Assembly: GCA_036172245.1 (NCBI GenBank)
Contig: JAYWIR010000005.1
Coordinates: 930,001 to 994,000 of the forward strand
Direction of reading: 5' to 3'
Length of the DNA: 64,000 nt
Origin: Raillietiella orientalis
Lineage: Eukaryota
The stretch's first letter is position 1, and the number at the start of each line of letters is the position of its first letter. This document shows positions 24,979 through 36,052 of the stretch, in pieces. A program made the position numbers and the translations under genes. Below the pieces are notes generated by a model, which was given only the letters and a program-made list of their open reading frames with translations, was not told the origin of the DNA and ran no database searches.

Positions 24979-25500
24979 CTAAATTCTTTGGAGAATGCTG
25001 GCAAACTCTTGCTGGATGTTGTTGTCCAGGTGGGACCATCTCGTTGCCGCCCTCATGAAGCGAACAGCATAGATGTGGCACCCCTGTTGCTTAGCCCTCC
25101 TCTTGCGTGGCTCCAGGCCGCCACAATTCCACGTAGACAGGAGAGACCTGCTAGGGATGCAGCCGCGTAGGAGAGGACTTAACGCGTCCCTGGAGTTGCC
25201 TCCTTAGGATCGCGACAAAGCGTTTCCAGAGGGGCCGGAGGGCAACACAGTCCACAAGCAGGTGTGGGTCGTGACGAACTGTGTCGTGCCCCCCGCAACT
25301 GACACAGTTAGGGTCCATACCCCTCCCCCCCGTGTCCAGTGATGCCGGCGCGCGTTGCCAATGGGGAGGCGTGTCTGTCCTAAAGCATTGGGGGCCACTG
25401 CAGGTCTTCCACTGTAAGTCCCAGTACTACTCTCCAGCGCAAGTCCTCGAGGGGGCCACTCGGGTTCGCAGTGTCCGTGAGCTGACCCGTCGTCCACTCA
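24979..25500 (-). mobile_element. Decayed non-LTR retrotransposon (Jockey/I-like LINE) fragment spanning the ORF1 zinc-knuckle region and the start of the ORF2 AP endonuclease
   Basis: Frameshifted minus-strand remnants: LRWRVVLGLTVEDLQW-PQCFR and PNCVSCGGH (gag-like knuckles), then LLSTWNCGGL…CHIYAV (the WNxxGL N-terminal motif of LINE AP endonucleases). Confidence 0.6.
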
Positions 25501-27981
25501 TCCAGTCCTCTTCTTCCAGAGGTTTCCACAGAGACCTCTCATCTAGCCGGGAGACTGCTGCCCATGTTCCCTCAGGGGAGGCAGCGCTGCGGCAAGGGGA
25601 GTTTTTCCTGCCCAAGAAAAAGGAGGGTGGTGGAAAGTCAGAAGTCACCGCAGCGTCTTCTGCAGCCTACGCGCGATGTCGGCGGCGTCCTTTCAAGGCC
25701 ATTCGGCTGTGACGTCCCTCACTGTTACCGAGTCGAGGCGTGCCCTTCCCCCTCACCTCTCCTAGCACTCCTCTCGCATGTTCTGGGATGCCACGGTGTT
25801 CTGGGCGACGAGGACCGCGCTCAACGACTCTTCCACTCCGAGGCGGCTTTCCTGGGCGCCTTCGGGTCGAGGCAGGGAGGTCGCAGGGCCCGCTCTGTGC
25901 GGGTCGCCGCGGACCAGCGGTAGTAGCGCGGGAGCTGCCAGCTGTCGACAGAAGACGCAGTCGGAGGAGGCACCACTGGTGGCAGGGGTCGCCCCGGTGC
26001 ACGGGCAGCCAAGCCTCTCCCTCCCTCGTGCTGCAGTCTGAGAGCGCGGGTGCGGAGCTGTCCGGATAGAGATCGCAGTTCATCCAGCAGGTCGGGACGT
26101 CCGTGTCTTACGTCCGGCAGGGCCCACCCTCCTCCGGGGAGGGCATTGGACTTCTCCGTGTCGGTCACGAGGTCAACCGCCCTGCCGGAGGGTCACTGCG
26201 TTTCTTCCCTCCCGTGGGAAGGACAGCGCCGCAGTCAGGGGGCACGGCAGTGTCCATTTCTTCCTGTCCGATATGCACTTCCTCCAGGGAGGTCCGGAAT
26301 GTGGATGAGGCGTATCGTGGAGCCGCCGGGAATCTCTTCTGCTCTCGTGCGGATCAGAAAGGCAGCGTGGGGACGTGTCGTCCTCCAGGATGAAGGTCCA
26401 GGTGCCCACTACCTTCTGCCGTAGACGCCACTGCTGCAGGACGAGGGGGAGCGTCGCACCGAACCGCGTCACGCGCGGGAGCTGCAGTCTTTCCCTCCCC
26501 TGCCGGTGCGTCGCGTTGCCCTCTGGGCGTTCCGGGAACGTTTCCTCCATGACCGTTCCCGTCCTACCGGACGTCCTCAGCATCACGGAGACACCGAGTA
26601 CCACCACACCGCCTGTGGCCGCACTCGCGGCAGCGCGCTGCCGTCGCTGCTGCCGACGAAGCCGGGACAGGGACGCCATCGGGAGGAGTCTGCCAGTCTG
26701 CTGGCACCCTCCGCGGGACGCCAGGACTGCGCGCGATGCCCAACCGAAGGAATGCTCGTTCCCGTTCATTTATTTTTTCCCCCTCCGACCCCCCTCCCGC
26801 ATTCCCTTCCGTTCCATCTACCTCGTCGGAGCAGCTCCGCCGTTGTCGGGCACTGCCGCGGGCGGCGGCGACGCCTGCGAAACTCCTTGCCGGCGGCATA
26901 AGCGGCTTCGACGGTCGCCACGGAAGCGACGTGCGCAACGTCCGGGCTCGCCTCCTTCTCTTCCTGTTGGGAGACCTCCTTCCTCGATGGGGCTCCCGCA
27001 GTCCCACAAGCGGGGCGGTATCTGCTCGGCTGGGGAAATCGAACGGTCGGGCGAGGTCATCACCCCACTCTCCTCTACCGGGAGGCTGCAGAGGAGCAGA
27101 GCAGCACCGTCGGGGGAGAGTGGCCTGCCGTCCAGGCTCTGCCGGCCGGGAACTGCGCGGCGGAGCTCCGTCGAGCCCCATCCCCCCCTTGCTAGGGGCA
27201 ACGGAGCTGATAGGCAGCGACGTCGGTCGGTTGGCGGTCGATCGAACTAGCAGCAAGGTTCCCAGTCACCTGCCCTTCCTCGCTGGTCCGAAGGCGGCCC
27301 CAGACGGCACGCGACTTCTTGCGACTGCCCGGAGCCATTCTGCTGGAACAGAAGTGCGCGCTCTTTTTGTGCTCGACTTCCTTCATGGAGGTCCCTGGAG
27401 CAGTGCGATAGCGAGTTCTCCACAGCCCGTCTCTTCACATGAATTACAGCAGGTCGTGCGAAGACCTCAGAGGGAGACCGACTGTGGTCAATCGCCCAGT
27501 GGAGTGCCCCGCCGATCTGGGAGAGGGAGGAGAGGGAAACGGGGAGGGAGGGGGGAAGAGATCTGTTTGGTTTAGTCTGGATGGATTTCTTTACTGAGCT
27601 GCGGCAGCGGTTCCTCAGCTAAGGTCTCACGCGACCCTGTGCTGACTCTGCCCCGAACAGCCCCGTTCTGCGGGAGCGATCGCCTTATCCACCCCGCAAG
27701 AGGCTACGGAAAGCCTCGGGGTCTCGCAGGCCGACGCCCTGAGACCACAAGGTCGCCTGCTCCGACTCCAAGACGGGATTCGAGGCCAGTGGACGCGACC
27801 TCCACACCCTCTCCGGAGGCGAACTGCACCTTTGTTGACTGTGGTCTCTCTGGCTGGGACGGTGGGCGGAGGCATCCGGTGCGAAATCCCGAACGCGCCA
27901 ATTCCCGCGAGGCCGGAAGGAACGAAGACGGAACGCGCATGCGCTCCTCCCTTTCCATGAGGGCGCCCGGCCTCAGGGCCT

Positions 27982-28196
27982 CACGCGCAGATTTACTTTC
28001 GCACGCACACGTATTTATTCCATAGTTATTCAACTACGTATTATTACTGACAGGAGTAATATTACTGCAACAGATGCATTCCTCAAGATTCAGTAACATG
28101 CATTTCATTACAGAAATAAATAAGTTGTCGATCCCATTGTTCATGTCTATGTACATACATATTCAAGATGATAAAAAAACTAGTGTACTCATGTTC

Positions 28197-28233
<37 letters not shown>

Positions 28234-28605
28234 AAATATGCATCTATATATATGTACATATTTACATGCACATGTATATATTTATATAATCTATACATAT
28301 TGATGTATTCAATAAGCCTATATATTCTTTAAAACTCATATAAATTTGTGGAATTGTCTTTGTTTAAATATATATATAAATATATATAATGAACATGAGT
28401 ACACTAGTTTTTTTATCATCTTGAATATGTATGTACATAGACATGAACAATGGGATCGACAACTTATTTATTTCTGTAATGAAATGCATGTTACTGAATC
28501 TTGAGGAATAAATCTGTTGCAGTAATATTACTCCTGTCAGTAATAATACGTAGTTGAATAACTATGGAATAAATACGCGTGCGTGAGAAAGTAAATCTGC
28601 GCGTG
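27982..28605. mobile_element. Foldback or MITE-like element with 225-bp terminal inverted repeats around an AT-rich spacer
   Basis: Arms 27982-28206 and 28381-28605 are reverse complements with 4 mismatches. The 174-bp spacer contains (TA)n. The element is an AT-rich island in GC-rich flanks; no clear target-site duplication was seen. Confidence 0.85.
28199..28231. repeat. (TA)n microsatellite
   Basis: Uninterrupted TA run inside the foldback element. Confidence 0.95.
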
Positions 28606-30388
28606 CGCCGGAGCAAATGCGCGCGTCGCGTCTTCGGCGACCGCGGCGGCGGCACCACCAGCCGTGTGAGGAAGTCCTCGTTCGTATTTCCGGGCTCCAC
28701 GGGCACCGCCCGGTTTCCCCCCGCCTTGCCGGTTCTTCGGAAGTCGGCGGCCTTCCGCCTTAACCCTTCGCGTCGCCTCCTTCGATCCCGCATTGCCGGA
28801 GGCGCTCGACTGCTTTTCTTCGGGAGCGCGCGTTCCGAGGTATCCAGCAGCGGCGGCGGGGAAGGTGGGGGGGAGGGAGCAGCGAATCTTTTGTCCTCGG
28901 CCTTCCTTCCTGGGCCTTGCCGCGCGGGGCCCGCGTGTGACCCCCTCTTTCGCGTCCCGCCCGTCACAGCGCCCGCAAACTCCTCCTCCTCCCGGCAGCA
29001 AGTGGGGCAACCCGGTCCCCGCCTTGGACTCGCGACTCCTGACCCGGTAGTGGACCTGTGCCTCGGGCCCTTTCCAGCGGGCAAGCCGGGAGCATCCCGC
29101 GCCCACCCTCCTGGTCCCCACTCGGGAAGGCGGAAGCTGCTCTGTAGCCTAGGAGCCTTCCGGGCGACGACCGTCGCGCCCCTTCGCGTCCTCGGAAGCG
29201 GATGGAGGTCACTGCCGTGCCCCCGGGCGCAGCCCTGGCTTCTCAGCAACGGTCGCCGAACTCGCAGGCTGTTGGTTCCGCTCGGCAGCCCGCAGGAGGC
29301 GCGACGACTGCAGGAGGTCGTCGTCGTGTTCCTACTGGAGCTTCGCCGCTGGGCTGGTAGTCCCCGGGGATACGAGGGGGTCCTCGCACACCTGCTAAAG
29401 TCTGGTCCAGAACTGGACGCACTCGAACCGCCACCATCTTGGCTGCACCCGGAGGGAGGGGAGGGAGTAAGCGCCGCCCTGCTCGGAATCTTCATTGCCA
29501 TAGGGTTCTCGTCGCGGTCCCGCCCCGGAGCAGCCGCCCGGCGACTGGGTGCCGGCGCGCGGCGCCAGTGCCCCTTGCCTCCGGGACGGAACTGCTGACA
29601 CCGACGCTCCGGACGGTCGGAGTCACTGGGGCGCGCGGCGCGCTCTATCCCGTCGGCCTCCTTCGACCCTCGAGGATCACCGAAGTGTTCTCCGGAGGAC
29701 ACGCCCACCCGAAGTCCAGGAAGCTGCAGTTCCGGACGCGGCGCGAGCAGCCAGAGATGCCAAACACGACTGCCACCCCAACCCTTTTCCTCCCTTTTCT
29801 ACCCTCTTTGACCAGGGTGAGGCGAGGTTCCTCCCCATGAGCTCCCCACGATCCCGCGCGCCGGGGTCGCCAGGTGCACAGGAATTCCGCGGTGCGCTGC
29901 CCCGGCATCCCCCTCCCCTCCCTGTGGAGAGCAGACCTCCCGGTGACGCTGCTGTCCTCCGGGGGGCAGCGGGGTACGTCACGAGGCTGGACCGGTCCCG
30001 TGCAGACATCCCGGCCCTCCAGGGCATTCTCATCCGTTTTCCTTTTCGCTTCCTCCCCACTGCCGAGATGACCCGCGCTGGTCGGCCGTACCGGCGACCC
30101 GGTCATCACCACCACCCACGTTCTCAGCAGTAGCGTTGAAGTGGGGCATATGGGGCATCGGTTTCAACGAACGCCCTTCCCCTCCTCCTTCCTGGGCAAC
30201 CGAATGACAGCGCCCAGAGCTCCTGGTTCTTTCCCTCCTGTGGTCATCCACACTGCCAGCAAGCATGCGGTGAGCAACAGGAATTCATTCTAAGGCCAGC
30301 AGTGACCTTACGTAGGAGGTCGCCACTCTTGGCCTGGAGTGATGAAACCCTTTGGAATTCCTCTTCTTCGCTCTCCTCTTTGGAACCG

Positions 30389-30884
30389 TCCGCGCCACCC
30401 GGGGGGGGCGTGTGACTCTTCCAGTTATAGGGTGCACCTCGGCAGGGGTCCACACTACGAATCCAGGAAGGACTCCGTAGGAGGAAGGAGTCCATTTTTC
30501 TCACTCTTAAGAGGGAACCCTCGCCATGGTTGCCTTCGGAGGGACCCACCGGTTTGTGAGGGGCGGATCCTCGTTCCTCCTCCTCTGAAGACGACCTCGA
30601 AGGGACGCTTCCCGATTTTCCCTAAAGGGCGCTCCCCGAAGGGAGCAGCGCGCTTCTTGGCAATCTGGAGAGGCGACCCTCGATCGTAGTATCGACCAGC
30701 TCCATGGTAACCGTTGGAGGGGAGCCCCGAAGGTCTCCATGATGCCCTGGAAGGACCACACCCACTAGCTCCCTCTCGCCCAGTCCCGGTCAATCAACTG
30801 GGGGGGGGGGGCATCCGAGTATTTCCGCCAGTGCCGCCGCGCCTCTATGTCACGGCCCTCCTTCTCTCTCCTTGTGAACCAGCA
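30389..30884 (-). mobile_element. SINE-like element, copy C (head not recognisable)
   Basis: Shares cgccaccc…ctcttc…ttatag…ctacgaatccaggaaggactc, tctgaaga…cgaagggacgcttcc, ccgccagtgccgc and aaccagc with copies A, B and D. Confidence 0.7.
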
Positions 30885-33800
30885 TCTGCTTTCTCAGACG
30901 CCTCGGGTTGACCTTGGTCCAGATTCCCGGTGACCTGGCAGGCAGGGTGCTACCGCCGGGCTCTCCAGAGCCTGTCTGCCCCAGATCCCGACGTGCTCGT
31001 GGATCTGCCATGCGACCCTCGGAGCTTTGCCGGAGCATGCGGTCCCGGCCTCGCGTGCTCCGGAGAGTGTGCCCTTTGGGGCGCGGGCCGACTGCGGGGC
31101 CGCCCTTTCCGGGAGCGCGTCGAAGGCCGCTCCTGACGGGAATTCGAGCACCCCCGTGTTCCAGGGGGTGCCCAGAGCTTCCGCTTCACTCCTCCCTCCG
31201 GTCCCCCGCCAGAATGCCCTTTTATTGGGGAGCTCAGAAGAGTGGATCCCCTGATGCTGGGCGTTGTTGGAGGGTGGCACCTGGAACGGCGACCGCGGGC
31301 AGGTGGAATTTCCGGCCTGCGTCGACCCCCACGTCTGGATATCCGCTTTCCGCTCCCCTGCGATGTCCGGAAATGCCCTCCAGCCCTTGCCCGTTCGCTG
31401 TCGCCACGAGGAACATGTCGGGGGCGGCGCGGACCTAATAGGCGGCGTTCGCTCCCCCCCTCCTTCTGTGGCTACTCCCTCGAACAGACTTGCCTCGCCC
31501 GCGCGTTGGGCCAAGGCCCCCTCCACCCTTCCACTACCCCCGCCCCATCCGTAGAACACCCCTCTGCACTCCAATGTCAGCTGACGTAACGCCGTACATG
31601 CTGATGCCGGAATTTCGCCACTCACAAGTCCTCCGCTTCACGTGAGCGTGGACGTTGCCCGGTGATCCCCTTCATCACGACTGGTCAAGTCGAAGGCGGC
31701 CCTCTCGACGTCGGTGTGGCCAGGCTCCAGGTCGTTGCACCGGACGCGCCCGGGCACACCTCGCGTTTCCCCACAGTGCGGGAGAAACCGTCGTCAACCC
31801 GAGGCGCCTCTTCGGCCCATTGGGGTCAAGAAAGGAGATGGACCCCCCCTTTCACTGTGTGACGAACTGGAGGTCTCTACCGTCACCCTCCGGCATCAGC
31901 CGCACCCTCCCTCTAAGGAGGGCGTCCTCTTTTGGGCCAAGGCCCCTCCCGTAGCCCACGGACACTGACCCCGAAGCCCGTGGGTCGAGCAGAGCCTCAG
32001 ACGGGAGGAGGCGGGCGGCCGACCTCCTTCTCGTACCCGGAGGATCATCAGGTAATGGAACGAGCGCGACCGGGTCCGGCAGGTGATGCTTCAGGGTAAT
32101 GCCCGGGTCCGTTGGGACGCGTCCTCGTGCAGCTGCTTGTGCTCCCCCTTCGACTTCCTCTTCCGTGAGAGTTCCACTCCCGTCCTCACGGACTGCTGGG
32201 GTCCCAGACTCCTCTTCCTACTCAGCGGAAGAATCCACGCTTCCATCCCCAGCCCGCATCCCCCAGCATTCAGTCGGCGCTCGCGTCCCGGAGCAGCCCG
32301 GGGCGGCCGCGGAATTGGTCTCTTCGTGAGGGCGAAATGCCCGTCTGTGGGTTTCCGCCTTCCGCGATCCCAGAGTGGGTCTTCCTTGCCCTCCCCCCCT
32401 CCAGGTTTCCCACCCGGTTTTGCCAGGGTATACATCACGAAAAAAATAATAAAGATGCATTTCTGTGGCAGATTAATTGGTTCTGCCACGTACAAAAGTT
32501 CTCTTCTGCTTACCGTTAGGGAGGCTCCACGCGGAGACAGGGGGGCAGGAGGGGGGCAGGAGGGGGGCGGGGAAAAGCAATAAGGGGGGGAAGGAAAAAA
32601 AATCGTTTGTTTGGGAAGTTCGGGATAGGATCACAAGTGCGACATCCCGTTCGTCCATTGCAGGCTGCACGCTCGTTCGTTCTTGCTTCCCAAGTGGGGT
32701 CATCTCACGGCGATCCTCAGAACGAGCTTCGCCCCCAGTGGATGGCACCTCCGTCGGGGTGGCCTCTTGCGGCGTTCCGAGTCGCGACCACCATCACGCG
32801 CAGGCAGAAGACGGGCGCTGAGAGCACGGCAACGTCTCCAGGAGTGCTCCCGGAAGTCTAAAGGGCCGTCGGGGAGCGTTCCCACAGGGACTCGGAGGAG
32901 GGCAACGCGGTCAAGGAACAGGCGGCAGGCACCTCCCCCCTCCCCTGCGCGACGGAGGCGCGCTTTGCATCGAAGGATCCTCCAATGCAAGGCCAGCAGC
33001 GCCATCTGCTGGCACTTCGAGGGGAGGTGGTGCATTTGCCCCGTAACGTGGGGGAAGGGGGATCAATTCAAGCGTCGGGATGCCCTCCTGTTTTTTGGAA
33101 GGAGCTGGGGGCTTGCAGTGTAACCAGCGCAGGCTCTCGGGGTCTCTGGGGGTGCCACACCTCCCAAGCTGCTCCTGCCTCCTGCCCGCCATCCTCGGGA
33201 ACGCCTCCGTCCATCGAGAGGAGCGGAAACTGCGGAAGACGTCAAATCACACGCGAAAAGGCGCCGCAAGACCTCAGTATAGTCGCCCGTCGGGGGCGGG
33301 AGGGCTGCAGAGGAGCGTCCTCGGATACCCTGGAGGGGCAGCGGCGCAGACCAACAACCCGGATGCGCGGAGATTTCACGCACCTTCCTGGTGGCACAGT
33401 CCGCCTCCCCCTCTCATCCAGCTGCGGACCTGCGCATCGCGTGGTGTCTCCCAGAGTATGACTGCAGCGCCGAGTCCCTCCTCCTCGGCGGGAGCGTGGA
33501 GGTGTTCGCAGACAGAGGAGGCAGGGCGGAATCATCACCTGTTCTAGGGGGACATCCAGGAACCCCACCCAGAAGGGGATTCCTCTGGGGGAGAGGGATG
33601 GGGTGGAGGAGTCAGCCGGTTGACGCACCGACCAAGATCCCAGTAGCTCCTTCCTTCTTCCAGCAATCTCGCCAAAGAACACCCCCCATGTCGCAAGGCC
33701 ATCGCTGTGTCCACTCTGTCATCTGGTTCTGGGGGCGTGGCTTCGAGGGGGGGGGGGCGTGCTATGCCGGGGAGTCTCCCTCGGGCAGCCCATGACTTCC

Positions 33801-34706
33801 TGCAGGGAATCGCCGGACTCCTGCCGTTCCTTTCTGCCTACGTCCGAACCGTTTTCAGGTAACCACGGCTGGCGGGGAGGCAGCAGCGAAATTCGCCGGT
33901 TCCCCTAGAACCGAGACGACCGTCCGCTGCAGCAGTGGCTCCTGGGCGACTCCCACTAGCCATGCCCTCCGGTCGCTCTCACTTGGCCGGGAGTCCGGCC
34001 CGGATGCGCCGATGGATGATCCGGAAAACGTCGCCGCTAGGGCTGACCTTGGAGCCTACGCTGCGTCCGACCAGACCAGGCGGGCGTCTCGACGCGGAGA
34101 GGGGAGGAGGGGGGGGGGGCACGGAAACGTTCGTTAACTTCCGAGTGCGATGTTCCTCTCCCGGACGGCCACTTCACCCTGAGGCGCGTCTCGCCCCGGT
34201 CAGCACGGGGGTCCCTCCCTACCTGCACGCCGCGGACCACGCGCGGAATCAGCCGGTGGAACTCCCCCGGAGGCCGCTCGCGGGTTCAGGGGCCTCCGCT
34301 TCCTCGAGTCCGTCGACGTACCACCCATGTGGCTTTGGTGTCGACCACGGGAGTCTTCTCTCCCTGGAGGTGACGCTCGAGGTGCATCGTGGCCTGAGTC
34401 ACCTCGCGGTTCGGGTTCAGCCATCTGGCGGTGGCTGTCCCGTTTCGCCTTCGACCTCCCGACCTAATGGCGTTCTCGGAGTTGGGGCGCTGCCCTCGTC
34501 GTCAGTGGCTTGGGTGCGACCTTGGAAGGCAGGGGAGGGAACCCCTTGGGGTCCTTCCGTTGAGCTGTCGCTCTACCTCTCCCTCCCTCCCAACTTCTGT
34601 TTTTTTTTTCTTCTTGAGGTTTTCCTTTCTTTTTCCTGGTTCTCAAGGAGTGTTGGAGAACCGTCCGCCACCTCGCGGTGGGCTTACGAACCAGGCGTGA
34701 ACGCTG

Positions 34707-35150
34707 TCTGCGCCACCCGAGAGTGCGCGTGTCGCTCTTCAAAGTTATAGCCGGTATCCCGGAGGGACCACTCTATGAATCCATGGCAGGAAACCCCGAA
34801 GGGAGCAGCGCGCTGCTCCTTGAGACTCTGGAATGGCATCCATCCACCATCTCTACGGCACGAGATGGAAGATGGGGTCTTCCCAAGGGGGATGACGGCT
34901 CCCTTTTCAAGCGACCGGGGGGAGCCCCGAAGGACAACCCGGAAGAACCCTTCCAGAAGGTCAGCTTCCAGTACCGACAAGTCGACGGGGGCATCTGGAC
35001 TGCCCCAGTGCCACTCCCCCCGAAGCCCGAAGGCCAACCAGCGTTGTTCTGCAAGAGATGTCCCTCCCCTCCTCCTCTCCCATTTCGTTGGCGTCCGTCC
35101 TTCCCCGGGCGGGATTCGAACCCACGACGCCGAGTGCCTCCGCACGAAGC
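34707..35150 (-). mobile_element. SINE-like element, copy D (internal array largely absent)
   Basis: Perfect B-box/T-arm GTGGGTTCGAATCCCGC on the minus strand (about 35109-35128). Shares cgccaccc, ctatgaatcc, ccccgaagggagcagcgcgct and aggccaaccagcg with the other copies. Confidence 0.75.
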
Positions 35151-35462
35151 GGGTCGTTCCTACCCCTTCTCCCACATGCGCTCACTCTGTACGGGAGCAG
35201 ACTTGCGGCTCTCCAGGGAAGGTCCGGGAGGCTCGCGAAGCCCGAGGACCCCACGCAGAGGCATGGTGACCCCCTTCGGAGCCTCGACTCCGCAGAAGGG
35301 GGGAGTGCGGACATATAGCCGCAGTAGCGAGGACACGGGGCTGCGTTGAGTTCGGCTGTGCTTTCGGCGGGCCAGCCGGAGTGGGGAGGGCAGGTGGGGA
35401 TGCGGGGTCGCTGGTGACCATCTTCTCTCGCGGTGCGAGGCCTCCGCACGGCTTCCGCGCAC

Positions 35463-36052
35463 CTCCGTTGCTGCCTTCTCCTCAGAGGTCCCAGCGGCGG
35501 CCAGTCCGGCGCTCCGGAAAGCGATTTCCTGGCAGGAGGACGGATCTTCGAGAGGGGGAGCCTCCGGATCAGCACGCGCTTGTCGAGCTGCCTTCTCTCG
35601 AGCGTCCCGCACTGTGCAAGAGAAGGTGCACTCTGGCACCTCCGCCGCCGGAAGCTCCTCGCCTGCACCTCCCCTTCCCTCTCGTAACTGGCTCCTCTCC
35701 CCATCGGACGGTTGCGTTCTCTGATCAGATCCCTCTTACCCCTCCTTCCCCTTTCTCCCTTCCTCCTCCTCCCTTCCTCCTGGCAGTCGTCGTCACCATT
35801 TTCAGAGGCATCGTCATCGTCATAGTGATCATCATCTTCTCAGTAGTAGTCATCGTCATGGTTGCCACCGTCGTCACTTTTCTCCATCGCGGGAGTCCCA
35901 CCTCTGCTTCCCATGCTGCCCGAACGCTTCTGTTATCTCCCCATGCATCCCGGAGAGCCCCAGAAGGAATTCTTTACCGCTTCCGTGGTGGCAGACTCTC
36001 TGCTAGCCGCGTCTCCAGAGAGAAACGCTGATCTCCGGCTCTTCCCTCGCTC
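35463..36052 (-). pseudogene. Exon chain of an unknown acidic/basic protein with an internal TGA (pseudogene or readthrough)
   Basis: Exons at about 36052-35978, 35929-35740 and 35611-35463 join in phase. The middle exon reads …EKSDDGGNHDDDYY*EDDDHYDDDDASENGDDDCQEEGRRR…, with TGA at 35842-35840. Confidence 0.45.

Noticed and set aside
35101..35220. Possible tRNA gene on the minus strand
   Set aside because: Only the T-arm/B-box is good; there is no convincing D-arm or anticodon arm, and it is contiguous with the repeat body.
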